A stretch of DNA of 64,000 bases from IMG/VR virus record IMGVR_UViG_3300031964_000008; one strand, given 5' to 3'. A model generated the notes under the pieces. It did no database searches. It saw nothing but the letters and a program-made list of their open reading frames with translations, and was not told where the DNA came from. Source of the stretch: a virus. The stretch's first letter is position 1. The number at the start of each line of letters is the position of its first letter. Below are positions 1-9,538 of the stretch, piece by piece. The position numbers were made by a program, and so were the translations under genes.

Positions 1-1
1 C

Positions 2-628
2 CAAGCCCACGCCACCACATCAACAAACCAAAAAACAAAGGCTAAGCCTGCAGCAAAAACAGTGGCCCGCAAAGGACTACCTACGTTCCAGGCACCAGCG
101 GATTTCAAACCGCATTTTCTTGAAGTCACGGTCCGTACCGAAAAAGATGGACTCTTGGGTAACGCCGTTCGCGCCATTCGCTATCAAGGTCGTTATGATG
201 TCAACGCAGCGGACAACAAGAAAGCAGATTTGGGATCCTATGATCCACGTACATTGAATGGCTTGATGGCTCGTATCTCGGGACCTTTGTTCAAGGCAAC
301 CAATGACAAGAAATTTCCAACTCAAATTAAAGGTCGTACCGAGGTCAAGGGCGCAATGCGACTTCCTGCCAACACCGTATTTCGTCTGATCCTGCGCGTC
401 AACCGCAAGGCCGCTGATGGTTCATTGTCTGTGCTCTTCAAGTACATTCAGCAAATCACGAAGAATGAAAAAACGGGACGTCCCGTCATTGTTGACCTGG
501 AAAAAAGTGATCCGGTTTATCGCTCTTTCCGTAAGTCCTCGCGCACGTTGCCCGCTGCATTCAAGGACGTATTGATGCCACCGAAGCGCACACGCGGACA
601 AAATGCTGAGACTCAAGAAGCAGAGTAA
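2..628 (+). CDS. hypothetical basic protein, 5'-truncated by window edge
   Basis: Frame is open from position 2 (QAHATTSTNQKTKAKPAAKTVARKG...), so the GTG at 62 is probably internal; TAA at 626-628. Confidence 0.75.
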   Translation, partial: QAHATTSTNQKTKAKPAAKTVARKGLPTFQAPADFKPHFLEVTVRTEKDGLLGNAVRAIRYQGRYDVNAADNKKADLGSYDPRTLNGLMARISGPLFKATNDKKFPTQIKGRTEVKGAMRLPANTVFRLILRVNRKAADGSLSVLFKYIQQITKNEKTGRPVIVDLEKSDPVYRSFRKSSRTLPAAFKDVLMPPKRTRGQNAETQEAE

Positions 629-657
629 ATAGCTAGTTGTGAGCTTTTAATTTCAAG

Positions 658-667
658 CTAGTAAATA
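658..667 (+). promoter_or_regulatory. putative late promoter CTAGTAAATA
   Basis: Recurrent intergenic motif resembling the T4 late promoter TATAAATA, just upstream of a gene start. Confidence 0.55.
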
Positions 668-702
668 CATGTCAACAACACCCTTTGAGGTTCCATACAG
701 CC

Positions 703-1302
703 ATGACAGCCAAAGTTGAACGGTTCACTAGCCTTGTTTTTATACCAAAAGTGTTGGAGTTCGGAAAAGACCAGGAATTTGAAGTTCATGAACTCCAGCT
801 TGCGTCCTTGGAGGCTAATCGCAAGACACAGAAACAGACATTGACCCCAGGTTATACGATCAGTGACGACGGTACCTTATTTGTGTTTCCCTTAGTAGAA
901 GGATCAACAAAGCCAACATTAAACGGATTAGTTGAATCAAAAGCCCCGATCTTGGTACCCAGCTATAATCTTCGTAGGACAGACACCAACGTAAAAGAAG
1001 TACGAAATGAGGACTCAGGTTTGATCTCGTTTCAATTCAAGTCCACGGCACTTATCACACGCAGACTGCACAGCGTATTGCCTATGTTAGGTATTTTGTC
1101 TAAGTCTCAATTAGCGTTGGTGCTTAAACATTTAGGGTCTCTCAAACAGAAAGAAATCAAAGAGAACCAAAAGGCATCAGCCTTGGAGACCTTGGACTAT
1201 ATGTTGGTCAACGAGCAAGTAACACCTGACGATCTGCATATCATTGCAAGAGCCTACGAGACTGAACTAATAGCTCAAGGGGAAAGTCTGTTCGAAAATT
1301 AA
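703..1302 (+). CDS. hypothetical protein
   Basis: Long ORF; GAGG at 687-690 precedes ATG 703 (the track starts at TTG 685). Confidence 0.75.
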   Translation: MTAKVERFTSLVFIPKVLEFGKDQEFEVHELQLASLEANRKTQKQTLTPGYTISDDGTLFVFPLVEGSTKPTLNGLVESKAPILVPSYNLRRTDTNVKEVRNEDSGLISFQFKSTALITRRLHSVLPMLGILSKSQLALVLKHLGSLKQKEIKENQKASALETLDYMLVNEQVTPDDLHIIARAYETELIAQGESLFEN

Positions 1303-1306
1303 GACC

Positions 1307-1316
1307 CTAGTAAATA
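1307..1316 (+). promoter_or_regulatory. putative late promoter CTAGTAAATA
   Basis: Exact motif copy in the intergenic gap upstream of the 1407 gene. Confidence 0.55.
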
Positions 1317-1406
1317 AGAAGTGAAGAAACGGTTTATGTGGGTGTCCGTCACAACACCAACTAGTTATAACTAATTAATTAACGCGTTAAACAAAGGATT
1401 TCAAAA

Positions 1407-2405
1407 ATGGCAATTCAGAAAAAAGTCGGACGTCCTGCGGCTCAACAACAGCAACAACGCCGAGGCCCGAAACCTCAAGAGCAGGTCCAGAAGAAAGTGA
1501 ACCCTGCAGTTCTGGCTAAGCGCAAGGCCGAAGCCCTGGCTCAAGAAAAAGCAGATGCGCTGGCAGCGCGTAAGGCTCAGGCCAATAAGGCCAAAGCTAA
1601 ACCAGGGCGTCCGAAGGCCCAGCCGGAACCTGAAGTCAAGCGTCGTGGTCCGAAGCCTGGTGCCAAGGCCGCACGTCAGGCACAGGCCCAAGCCCAGTCC
1701 ACGCCAAAGGCTAAGCCTGGTCGTCCGAAGGCTAGCACCCAGTCTGTTGTAGCTGAGGCCCTTAAAACGGGTTCTCAAGTGTTTATCCGGGTGATTACGA
1801 CTACTGTAGCCTCGGGCAAGCCTTCAAAAGTTGCGTACTTCGGTGCCGGTGGATTGGTTATTCCGCGCTCAACGGTAAAGGCAGTTGTCGGCAACCTGAT
1901 CTATCACGAAATTTTGCAACAAGTGGGTACGATTGACGATGTGCAATTGCAAGACGGTATTTTCATCTACGTCACAAAGGCAGGACCGGTAATTGCCCTG
2001 GATCCTAATTATGTGTTCGTCAGCGGTGTTGCAGCAGCTGCGGATGACGAACAGAATCAGGATTCGGATAGTGAGGACGATGACTCGGATGACAGCGACG
2101 ACGAAGATCAGGTCGATTTAGACAACGACGATTCGGATGACGCTGATGATTACTCAGACGACGATTCGGATGATACCGCCGATGACGAAGATGAACTGGA
2201 TGTGTCCTCGGATGACGATGACGACGATAGCTCGGATGACGATGAACTAGCGCCGGACGATGACGAAGATCAAGATTACGATGACTCTGACAATGACGAT
2301 TCTGATAACGACGAGGACTCGGATTCGGAGTACGATGACGATGATTCGGATTCCGGCGATGATAGCGATGATACCGAAGAAGATTTGTTTGATACCGATG
2401 ATTAA
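1407..2405 (+). CDS. bipartite charged protein: K/A/P-rich N-terminus with AT-hook-like GRP repeats, about 120-aa Asp-rich C-terminal tail
   Basis: Strong SD (AAAGGA); KKVGRP, KPGRPK x2 and RRGPKP x2 motifs; D/E/S tract encoded at 2043-2402. Confidence 0.85.
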   Translation: MAIQKKVGRPAAQQQQQRRGPKPQEQVQKKVNPAVLAKRKAEALAQEKADALAARKAQANKAKAKPGRPKAQPEPEVKRRGPKPGAKAARQAQAQAQSTPKAKPGRPKASTQSVVAEALKTGSQVFIRVITTTVASGKPSKVAYFGAGGLVIPRSTVKAVVGNLIYHEILQQVGTIDDVQLQDGIFIYVTKAGPVIALDPNYVFVSGVAAAADDEQNQDSDSEDDDSDDSDDEDQVDLDNDDSDDADDYSDDDSDDTADDEDELDVSSDDDDDDSSDDDELAPDDDEDQDYDDSDNDDSDNDEDSDSEYDDDDSDSGDDSDDTEEDLFDTDD

Positions 2406-2430
2406 TTTGTTGCCATTTTAGAGTAAACTT

Positions 2431-2462
2431 AGGGTTGGGGTCTTTTTGTAGATCCTAGCCCT
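2431..2462 (+). terminator. stem-loop after the acidic protein gene
   Basis: AGGGTTGGGGTCT / AGATCCTAGCCCT stem with G-U pairs. Confidence 0.5.
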
Positions 2463-2493
2463 ATCTTCATTTGTTATACTTAAAGTAGGGGTA

Positions 2494-2805
2494 ATGGTGG
2501 ACACTAGAGATCACCTCGCGCTGTATTCAGTAAATTGCAAGAAATGTGGACACCTTGACCCTGCTGAGTCTAAAAAGTGGAGTTCGTGCCATCACACAAA
2601 AGGCAATCCTTACTGTCCAGCTAAAGAAGTTCAGATCGTTGTTGTGGGTAAGGCCTATCGTTTGGCCGAACAAATAAAGAAAGCGCGTAATGCACGTGAT
2701 GCTGTAAGTGAGGCTCGTATCTTAGCCTTTGTTGTGACCCAAACAGAGGCCTTCAAAGAACGCTTCTATTCAGCTATTGAGACAACACCGGAGACGCCCG
2801 AGTGA
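2494..2805 (+). CDS. small Cys-rich (possible Zn-binding) protein
   Basis: CKKC...C..H...C pattern; SD-like AGGGG. Confidence 0.75.
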   Translation: MVDTRDHLALYSVNCKKCGHLDPAESKKWSSCHHTKGNPYCPAKEVQIVVVGKAYRLAEQIKKARNARDAVSEARILAFVVTQTEAFKERFYSAIETTPETPE

Positions 2806-3632
2806 ATATCCCATCTGGAGTTACGAAAGCTCCATCCCAAGCCCCCAATTCCTTAGATACTGACCTCGACGCTGACGATAGCGACGACACGTCGGAGCCT
2901 AGCGTCCAGCCAGCGTCAAAGACTGGACACAAAAAGCAGCCAGTCAGGCTTACGCGTATCAAGCAGTGGTACTTGCCTGCCGATGCTGAGTCGTACACCG
3001 CGCTCAAGGAAATTGGACTACCCTTGACACGTATCCACATTAACTTTATGCCAGCGGTAAAGTTGTTGGCCAACAAGCATAAACTGCGAGGTACCGAGGT
3101 TTCGTTCAAAGACGAAATTCTGGATCCGTTCTTAGACAAGGTGGGGACCGCCTGGAACAGTAAAGAATTTTTTAAAGCCTCGATTGGGAACCGAACAATG
3201 AAGTTCGAGACCCTGAAACCGGAAGTGTTGGACAAGGCCAAGCGCTGGGTGCCCCAAATGGAGGAAAAGCTGCGTGCGTTCTTTCAGCGTTGGGGCTACA
3301 GTTCGACCTTTGACTACAGCGAAAGTCGTGGTCGTTGTAAATTAAATGTAGAGTACTGGTATGATAGCCAGAAGCTACCCATCGTGGTCTTGGAAGAAGA
3401 ACCTAAACCGCTACCCAAGATCCAGCTTAAGCTTGGATTCACGAGAATTACCCTGCAGTTCGGGACCAAGTACATTGATACTGCGATTGAGATCAGCCAA
3501 GGTGGTAATTTTACACCGCTGCATACGACGCGCTGTCTCTATAGCCAGGTATCGAGTGTTAGGCCTATGCTGAATGCCTTGATGTCGGTCTTGGACAAAG
3601 ACGAGCATAATTTCGACAACACTGCTGACTGA
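2802..3632 (+). CDS. hypothetical protein
   Basis: 276-aa ORF, GTGA overlap with the upstream stop. Confidence 0.75.
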   Translation: MNIPSGVTKAPSQAPNSLDTDLDADDSDDTSEPSVQPASKTGHKKQPVRLTRIKQWYLPADAESYTALKEIGLPLTRIHINFMPAVKLLANKHKLRGTEVSFKDEILDPFLDKVGTAWNSKEFFKASIGNRTMKFETLKPEVLDKAKRWVPQMEEKLRAFFQRWGYSSTFDYSESRGRCKLNVEYWYDSQKLPIVVLEEEPKPLPKIQLKLGFTRITLQFGTKYIDTAIEISQGGNFTPLHTTRCLYSQVSSVRPMLNALMSVLDKDEHNFDNTAD

Positions 3633-3650
3633 TAGACAGGAGAACCTAAC

Positions 3651-4262
3651 ATGGGCTGCGATGTTGCGTCTGCTGCATATCTACTCGACTTGGGTCTAGG
3701 TAAGGCTAATGCCGAAGGTCATCTTGCGTTTAATGCAGCTGAGCTCCAGCGTTTCCGTAAAGACTATAAATTGTTGAGCACCAACTATTTTAACGGGAAC
3801 AAGTTCGAGGAATTCAGTTTAGCCCACAACGAAGTCTATTTGATACACTCGACGGAAGAACCCTATTGCGATCCAGAGATACGTTGGTTAGTCCACATGC
3901 TGGTCTTGCGTAATACCGTGCTACCTAGAATAGCCATTCAGGTAGAAGTATGGCGGGAACTCATTGCTGATCTGGGAGGACCCACTAGCCCCAATGATTG
4001 GTTTATTCGTGAGCTGTTGAAAACTGGTAATTACGTGTGTTCGAGTCTAAGACTATCATCGGATGCTAATGGTATGTATTTCTGGGGAGACCGACTTGCA
4101 CATCAAACTGATGCAGGACACAGAGTTGGAGTACTAGTGGATAACGTTCTTGACTTGTGGGGACCAACCGCTAGAGACGTTCATACTCAATTTATAGCTT
4201 TCGAATCCAAACTAGAGAAAGCAATTACACCATTTACCTATCGTTTCGTAATCGCTGCCTAA
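3651..4262 (+). CDS. hypothetical protein
   Basis: 203-aa ORF with AGGAGA SD. Confidence 0.75.
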   Translation: MGCDVASAAYLLDLGLGKANAEGHLAFNAAELQRFRKDYKLLSTNYFNGNKFEEFSLAHNEVYLIHSTEEPYCDPEIRWLVHMLVLRNTVLPRIAIQVEVWRELIADLGGPTSPNDWFIRELLKTGNYVCSSLRLSSDANGMYFWGDRLAHQTDAGHRVGVLVDNVLDLWGPTARDVHTQFIAFESKLEKAITPFTYRFVIAA

Positions 4263-4275
4263 CTTAATAAAGACC

Positions 4276-7200
4276 ATGGCCCTTACACCAAATACAAAAG
4301 CAAATCCAGCGTTAAAGAAAGTAGCAGCCTACACCAGTAAAAATATTGAAACTCTTGTTTGGCCTGACACTATTCGCAAAAACGCAAGTCAATACATTGG
4401 GGGTACTGATTCGTCGGGATTGTGGTTAGTTGTACGTGAGCTTATGGACAACGGGTTGGACGAAGGGCTGGCCGGTCGTAACGATGCAGTATTGTTGCAC
4501 GTAGATAGCGACGGTAGTTTTTGGGTACTGGATAGGGGCCACGGCATCCCTCAAGGCGTGACCAAAACTCACATTCATGTGAATGGCAAGGATGTCGTCA
4601 ACAAAATGGACACGATGCAGGCGGCTTTTGGTGCCTTGCACACGTCAGGTAAGTATGATAGCGAAGCCTACGAGGTGTCGATTGGTTGCTTTGTTGGTTC
4701 AACACAAGTCAGAATAGCTAAAGGAAACACCGTAGCCTTCAAAGAACTATACGAACGTTGGACCACGAATAAAGAACCAATTCCTATCGTTGCTTGGGAC
4801 GTTGATAATGATGTCCAGGCACAGTCTTTCATATCACATGTACAACTAACCAAATACGTTGATGAATTGGTGCGCGTAACCCTAAGCGATGGTTCGGTTA
4901 TTGAGAATACTCCCGACCATCCGTACTACGTTCGCACTGATTACTGGACGTTGAAAGTTCAGGCCCAACAGTTGGAACCTGGACAAATGCTGATCACGCC
5001 GTATACGCACAGTGAGCTCACGGTCATTAGTGTGGAAACTTTCCACACAACAGAACCCGTGCCTGTTTACGGCATGACTGTTGACAACCAACATACTTAT
5101 TTTATTGAACCCGGAGTGCTGGTATCAAATACTCATGGTATTGGCGCTAAAGGAACTAATGCTACCGCCGAATTCTTTGATGTTCATACTTTCTACGAGA
5201 ACCAATGGTACTCGGTAGGTTTCAAGAAAGGTAAGCTAACATCCCCCGTTGCAAAATGTAAGGCTCCGAAAGGTCCGGACGGCACACTGGTCAAGAAGGG
5301 TACGGTTATTCATTTCAAGCCCGATGCTTCAATTTTCTCGACCAACAAGTTCCCTGGGGCACTAGCACTTGAATGGGCTGAAATCATGGCTTATTTCAAT
5401 CCAGGTTTCGCCATCATTATTTCCACCCCCAGGGGCAAGCGTCAGTTCTTGTCAAAGACAGGTGTCGCTGAGTATGTTCAAGCACGCTTAGACAAGTTTA
5501 AAGTTGGTGCCGAATCAAAATATTTCGAGTATAAATCAGAACCCGGTGATCCGAATGCAGCAGACGTAGTTGTGTCGTTCTCCAATTACGATGGATGTGA
5601 TCTCAGGGGGTTCACCAACGGGCTACCCAATAGCCAGGGTGGCAAGCACGTTGATAGCGTTGTCAGCGCCCTATACGCGGGTTTAAAGCCCCATATCAAG
5701 ACCCGAACGGTCAAAGGAAAAGTAATTCTGCCTTTCCGTGAATCGGATTTCAAAGAAGGCTTGGTTGGCCTAGTCAACGCAAAATTGCATAAAGCCAAGT
5801 TCAATTCCCAGGATAAGGTAAAACTTAGCGATGAGCGCATGGGTCCTGAATTTCAAAAGAAATTAACGGTAGCCACCATAGAATTCTTCAAGGCTAATAA
5901 AGCATTGGCTTCACGCTTATGTGAAAGAGCGACTAAGCTCAATGAGTTGAAGACCAAATTCACGATGTCGAAAAAGGCAGCAGCCACGTTGAATGCTGTG
6001 AAGCGCAATGGACTGCCCGCCAAATATGCTTCATTTGATATGCGTACCAAAGTTGCGGATCGTGAACTCTTTATCGTAGAAGGGGAATCGGCAGGCGGCT
6101 CGGCCAAAGAGGCCAGGTTCCCCTACCAGGCTGTACTGCCATTAAAAGGCAAAGTCAAAAATGCACTAAAAAAGGATAAAAAAGGTACAACACTGGAAAG
6201 TGAAGAAATTGTTAATATTCTGGCAGCTATTGGATATGACGCAAAGGCCGTAGACCCTTGTGCAAAACTCACGGTTGGCAAAATCATCTGTTTGGCTGAC
6301 CCGGATCCAGATGGCCCATTTATTGGCGACACTCAAATTCGGGTCAGGAGTATGGCCCGCAGCCAGTCAAAATCAGAGGACTTTGTTTGGACTGAGCATA
6401 CGGCAACTATTAGAGGCCTCGCTAATAGTTCTTTAACTCAGGAACGGGGAAACACTGCAGAACAACTAGTGTTTGAGGTGCCTGTATGGCACCACGGAAA
6501 AGAAATCTGGGCACCAGCAACCGCGCAATTGGTCAAAAACGTAGACCGACTAATGGCTTTTGAAATCGGACGTTCGAAATTCAGAGTTGATGAAAATCAT
6601 AAATGGGTGTGTGTAGTAACCCGAGCAATGTATGGTCGTGATACTGAACCACATCCAGAGCATGAAAAACTTGTGTACGTTAAGTCCAAGGATATGAAGG
6701 TCGGTGATCGTGTGTGGTGTCCCTCAAACAATCATCTGAAAGACCAGGCTTTAACAGACAAAGAAAGTGGATTGGGTTACCAAGCGGTATCCAAGCTTAG
6801 AGTTCAAGAACTGAAAGAGCCGGTGCCCGTCTATTGTTTGACAGTCCCACGCTATCATTCGTTCGTCCTGCCGTCAGGAGTCGTGTCCAGCAATTGTCAC
6901 ATCAACTCTTTGCTCCTATCTCTGTTTTATAAGTATCTGCCGGACCTGTTCACCCGAGGTTTGATCTACGTGGCTAACAGCCCTGAGTTTTATGCTATTC
7001 ATAAGGACCAATTAGTGTGCGGTGAGACCTTAAGTCAAGTTCAGGTTAAGCTCAAGAAAATTAAAGCCCCATCATCAACGCTAATAAATCACGTTAAAGG
7101 GTACGGTGAGATTGATGTAGACTTGATGCGTATCATGGCTATGGATCCAGCTACTAGATCCCTGATAAAAATCAAGGCTCTTGAGTCCGAGGACCACGTT

Positions 7201-7299
7201 GATTTTGTCAGACTCATGAATGAAGACGTAGCTTATCGCAGGGACATGTTAGGCTTGCCCGCAAATGCTACGGGTGGAAACTGTGATAGCGAGGGCTAA
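4276..7299 (+). CDS. gyrB: type IIA DNA topoisomerase subunit B (GyrB/ParE-like) with two inteins
   Basis: GHKL motifs ELMDNGLDE, DRGHGIP, LHTSGKY, G|THGIG; TOPRIM motifs IVEGESAGG, PLKGK, DPDPDG|CH; GYGE. About 666 aa after removing the inteins. Confidence 0.95.
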   Translation: MALTPNTKANPALKKVAAYTSKNIETLVWPDTIRKNASQYIGGTDSSGLWLVVRELMDNGLDEGLAGRNDAVLLHVDSDGSFWVLDRGHGIPQGVTKTHIHVNGKDVVNKMDTMQAAFGALHTSGKYDSEAYEVSIGCFVGSTQVRIAKGNTVAFKELYERWTTNKEPIPIVAWDVDNDVQAQSFISHVQLTKYVDELVRVTLSDGSVIENTPDHPYYVRTDYWTLKVQAQQLEPGQMLITPYTHSELTVISVETFHTTEPVPVYGMTVDNQHTYFIEPGVLVSNTHGIGAKGTNATAEFFDVHTFYENQWYSVGFKKGKLTSPVAKCKAPKGPDGTLVKKGTVIHFKPDASIFSTNKFPGALALEWAEIMAYFNPGFAIIISTPRGKRQFLSKTGVAEYVQARLDKFKVGAESKYFEYKSEPGDPNAADVVVSFSNYDGCDLRGFTNGLPNSQGGKHVDSVVSALYAGLKPHIKTRTVKGKVILPFRESDFKEGLVGLVNAKLHKAKFNSQDKVKLSDERMGPEFQKKLTVATIEFFKANKALASRLCERATKLNELKTKFTMSKKAAATLNAVKRNGLPAKYASFDMRTKVADRELFIVEGESAGGSAKEARFPYQAVLPLKGKVKNALKKDKKGTTLESEEIVNILAAIGYDAKAVDPCAKLTVGKIICLADPDPDGPFIGDTQIRVRSMARSQSKSEDFVWTEHTATIRGLANSSLTQERGNTAEQLVFEVPVWHHGKEIWAPATAQLVKNVDRLMAFEIGRSKFRVDENHKWVCVVTRAMYGRDTEPHPEHEKLVYVKSKDMKVGDRVWCPSNNHLKDQALTDKESGLGYQAVSKLRVQELKEPVPVYCLTVPRYHSFVLPSGVVSSNCHINSLLLSLFYKYLPDLFTRGLIYVANSPEFYAIHKDQLVCGETLSQVQVKLKKIKAPSSTLINHVKGYGEIDVDLMRIMAMDPATRSLIKIKALESEDHVDFVRLMNEDVAYRRDMLGLPANATGGNCDSEG
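4687..5130 (+). mobile_element. mini-intein 1 (148 aa, class 1, no homing endonuclease)
   Basis: Starts CFVGSTQV; block B TPDH; block F VPVYGMTV; ends GVLVSN followed by Thr+1. Excision restores SIG-THGIG. Confidence 0.9.
6316..6894 (+). mobile_element. mini-intein 2 (193 aa, class 3-like, Pro1)
   Basis: Starts PFIGDT; block B ENHKW; block F VYCLTV; ends GVVSSN followed by Cys+1. Excision restores DPDG-CHI. Confidence 0.88.
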
Positions 7300-7351
7300 G
7301 TCTGCTGACTGATTGAAGTTCAAGCCCCAGCCCAAATCAACAAGGAATAAG

Positions 7352-8881
7352 ATGATAGCCAAACGTCGAATTACGACGAAATCACGTAAAACCGTAAGTT
7401 CTGCAGATTTGGTGCCCACAAAAGACAATGACATTAAATCTTCCACGTTAAGAGATTTTGGTCGTAGTCGTATGACTACCTATGCAATCTCTGTTAATCT
7501 AGACCGCTCTGTACCTGATATGTATGACGGGCTTAAACCTGTACAGCGCCGCAATATGTATGGGACGGCAAAGGAAGCTTTTTCATCGTTTGAAAAGACA
7601 GCTCGTATTGTAGGCGTTGTACTAGGTCGATATCATCCACATGGCGACAAGTCAATTAGCGATGCTATAACCACCATGGTCAACCACCCAACTTCTGTGT
7701 TCTACGGAAAAGGTAACTGGGGTAACATGGTTGATGGTGCGGCGGCCATGCGCTACACGAACATGCAATTATCAGCATACGGGCAAACATTCTTTGATCC
7801 CAATTACCTACATGCATCCGTCACTAGCTTTGTACCTAACTACGATAACAAAGAAGTGGAGCCTGTAACACTACCCGCTCAATTGCCTAATGTAATTCTT
7901 AATGGTGGCGAAGGAATTGGCGTTGGCATCACGACATTGATTCCTACTTTTACCCCGGACTCCGTAATTCTGATTCTAGAACGCATGCTCAAAGGTGAAG
8001 TGCTGGCCCCAACGGATTATGCACGAACCCTGAAGTTTGCGCACAAATGGGGTGGTCAATTACTCAAGACTCCGGAGAACAAAAAAGGGTGGATGGGGCT
8101 TTTCACCGGCAGCGAGACCCAAGTTAAGTTCGAGTCCGAACTTCAAGTAGAACTAGACCGCAAGAAACTGATAATCAATGACTGGCCTCCGGGCACCAAC
8201 CTACAGAAATTTGTAGAGAAGGTTCGGGCTATGCCTGAGACTCTACGATGCTTCAATTCGAAGGGTTCAGCCACGCTTACCATTGAATGCAAACCGGCGT
8301 ACAATCTGACGCAGTTTGAGAAATATGTGGAAAAGATTAGGCTGGCTACCCGCAAGAGCGTGAGTTTCAAACTCAATGTGACGAAACGTAAGGCCCAGAT
8401 CCTGGATGGCGTCACCACGTTCAAGACTGAGTTTCTTGCACTGTCTGTACCTGAGTTGCTTAAGCAGTGGCTGGTAATGCGTATCGAGTTGGAACGCAAG
8501 AGTTTGGCCTACAGGCAGACTAAGCAACGAGCAGCTATTGCTTATTCGGAACTCTTGATTTATGCCTGTGATAAACTTGATATCATAGTCAAGGCCCTGC
8601 GAGCAAAGGACCCTGATATGTTCCTCACCAAGAATCTAGAAATCGATGGGGATCAGGCAAAGCAGATTCTTGAACTCAGGGTCAGGCAACTTTCAAAACT
8701 GGATCAAGAGGTACTTAAGCTCAAGCTGAAAGAACAGCGATTAGTTTTGAAGCAACTGGATGAATGGCTTAAACGACCCCGATCCAAGGTCCTGCTGGAC
8801 TTGGCTGAGGTAAAGGCAGCGATTCTAAAAGATCGTTCGTTCCAGGCCAACAAGGATACACGTAAGCTCAAAGTTATTTAA
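7352..8881 (+). CDS. gyrA: type IIA DNA topoisomerase subunit A (GyrA/ParC-like, no C-terminal pinwheel domain)
   Basis: DGLKPVQRR, YHPHGD and catalytic AAMRYT motifs; ATG 7352 follows AAGGA (the track starts at TTG 7313). Confidence 0.93.
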   Translation: MIAKRRITTKSRKTVSSADLVPTKDNDIKSSTLRDFGRSRMTTYAISVNLDRSVPDMYDGLKPVQRRNMYGTAKEAFSSFEKTARIVGVVLGRYHPHGDKSISDAITTMVNHPTSVFYGKGNWGNMVDGAAAMRYTNMQLSAYGQTFFDPNYLHASVTSFVPNYDNKEVEPVTLPAQLPNVILNGGEGIGVGITTLIPTFTPDSVILILERMLKGEVLAPTDYARTLKFAHKWGGQLLKTPENKKGWMGLFTGSETQVKFESELQVELDRKKLIINDWPPGTNLQKFVEKVRAMPETLRCFNSKGSATLTIECKPAYNLTQFEKYVEKIRLATRKSVSFKLNVTKRKAQILDGVTTFKTEFLALSVPELLKQWLVMRIELERKSLAYRQTKQRAAIAYSELLIYACDKLDIIVKALRAKDPDMFLTKNLEIDGDQAKQILELRVRQLSKLDQEVLKLKLKEQRLVLKQLDEWLKRPRSKVLLDLAEVKAAILKDRSFQANKDTRKLKVI

Positions 8882-8889
8882 ATCTGGAT

Positions 8890-8922
8890 GGGGTTGCTTT
8901 ATAGGTCACGAAAAGCAACCCC
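8890..8922 (+). terminator. hairpin after the topoisomerase operon
   Basis: GGGGTTGCTTT / AAAGCAACCCC inverted repeat. Confidence 0.6.
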
Positions 8923-8945
8923 CTGTTGGGGCCAACATTAAAGTC

Positions 8946-8974
8946 TTGCTAGTGGAAAAGTCTTAGTATAGGAT
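8946..8974 (+). promoter_or_regulatory. putative sigma70-type promoter
   Basis: TTGCTA-N17-TAGGAT upstream of 9013. Confidence 0.4.
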
Positions 8975-9012
8975 AGAGTCAAATAGTTAGTGGCTAAGTC
9001 CCAGTCAAAGGA

Positions 9013-9519
9013 ATGAAAATGAGCAAGCATGAAATATTTGGTATGTCGAATCTGGCCCAACAGCATACAGGATTGCCTCTTGCTGTGATGGTTCGCGCAG
9101 CACCTCAAAATAAGAAAGACCCTAGCGTCAAGATCGCACACTCCACTGACGGCTTAGTCGACAAAGGCCCGAATTTTTCATTGTCTATTAGTCTTGAGCC
9201 TAAAAAATTGATGGACCCACCTGTAGGCATAAAGTTTAAAGCTAGCGACGTTAGAAAAGTTGCGAATTGGGTTGTGTCGAATCGCTCGCTACTCCTGAAA
9301 TATTGGTATGGTATAACCACGGACAGCATTACTGTACAGAATTTGCTTATTTCGAACAAAGACTACGGTGTGCCCTTTGACACTACCTTAGACCTGTTAC
9401 GTACTGCGTGGAACCTATCTTTGACGCCGCAGGCCCGGGCAGCTTTAGCTAAAATAAATATTCAGGCTGTTGAGCTTATCGTTAAACGAAATCGAGCTTT
9501 GTTTCCTGTTCGTAAATAA
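9013..9519 (+). CDS. MxxL..TGLP-family protein (DUF4160-like), tandem paralog 1
   Basis: MSNLAQQHTGLP...KIA...W...NRSLLLKYW; clearly similar to 9539 and 34425. Confidence 0.75.
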   Translation: MKMSKHEIFGMSNLAQQHTGLPLAVMVRAAPQNKKDPSVKIAHSTDGLVDKGPNFSLSISLEPKKLMDPPVGIKFKASDVRKVANWVVSNRSLLLKYWYGITTDSITVQNLLISNKDYGVPFDTTLDLLRTAWNLSLTPQARAALAKINIQAVELIVKRNRALFPVRK

Positions 9520-9538
9520 CTGGTGTGCGGAAAATAAA

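Noticed and set aside
4276-7299. Group I/II introns in the topoisomerase gene
   Set aside because: The reading frame is uninterrupted and both inserts have intein blocks A/B/F/G.
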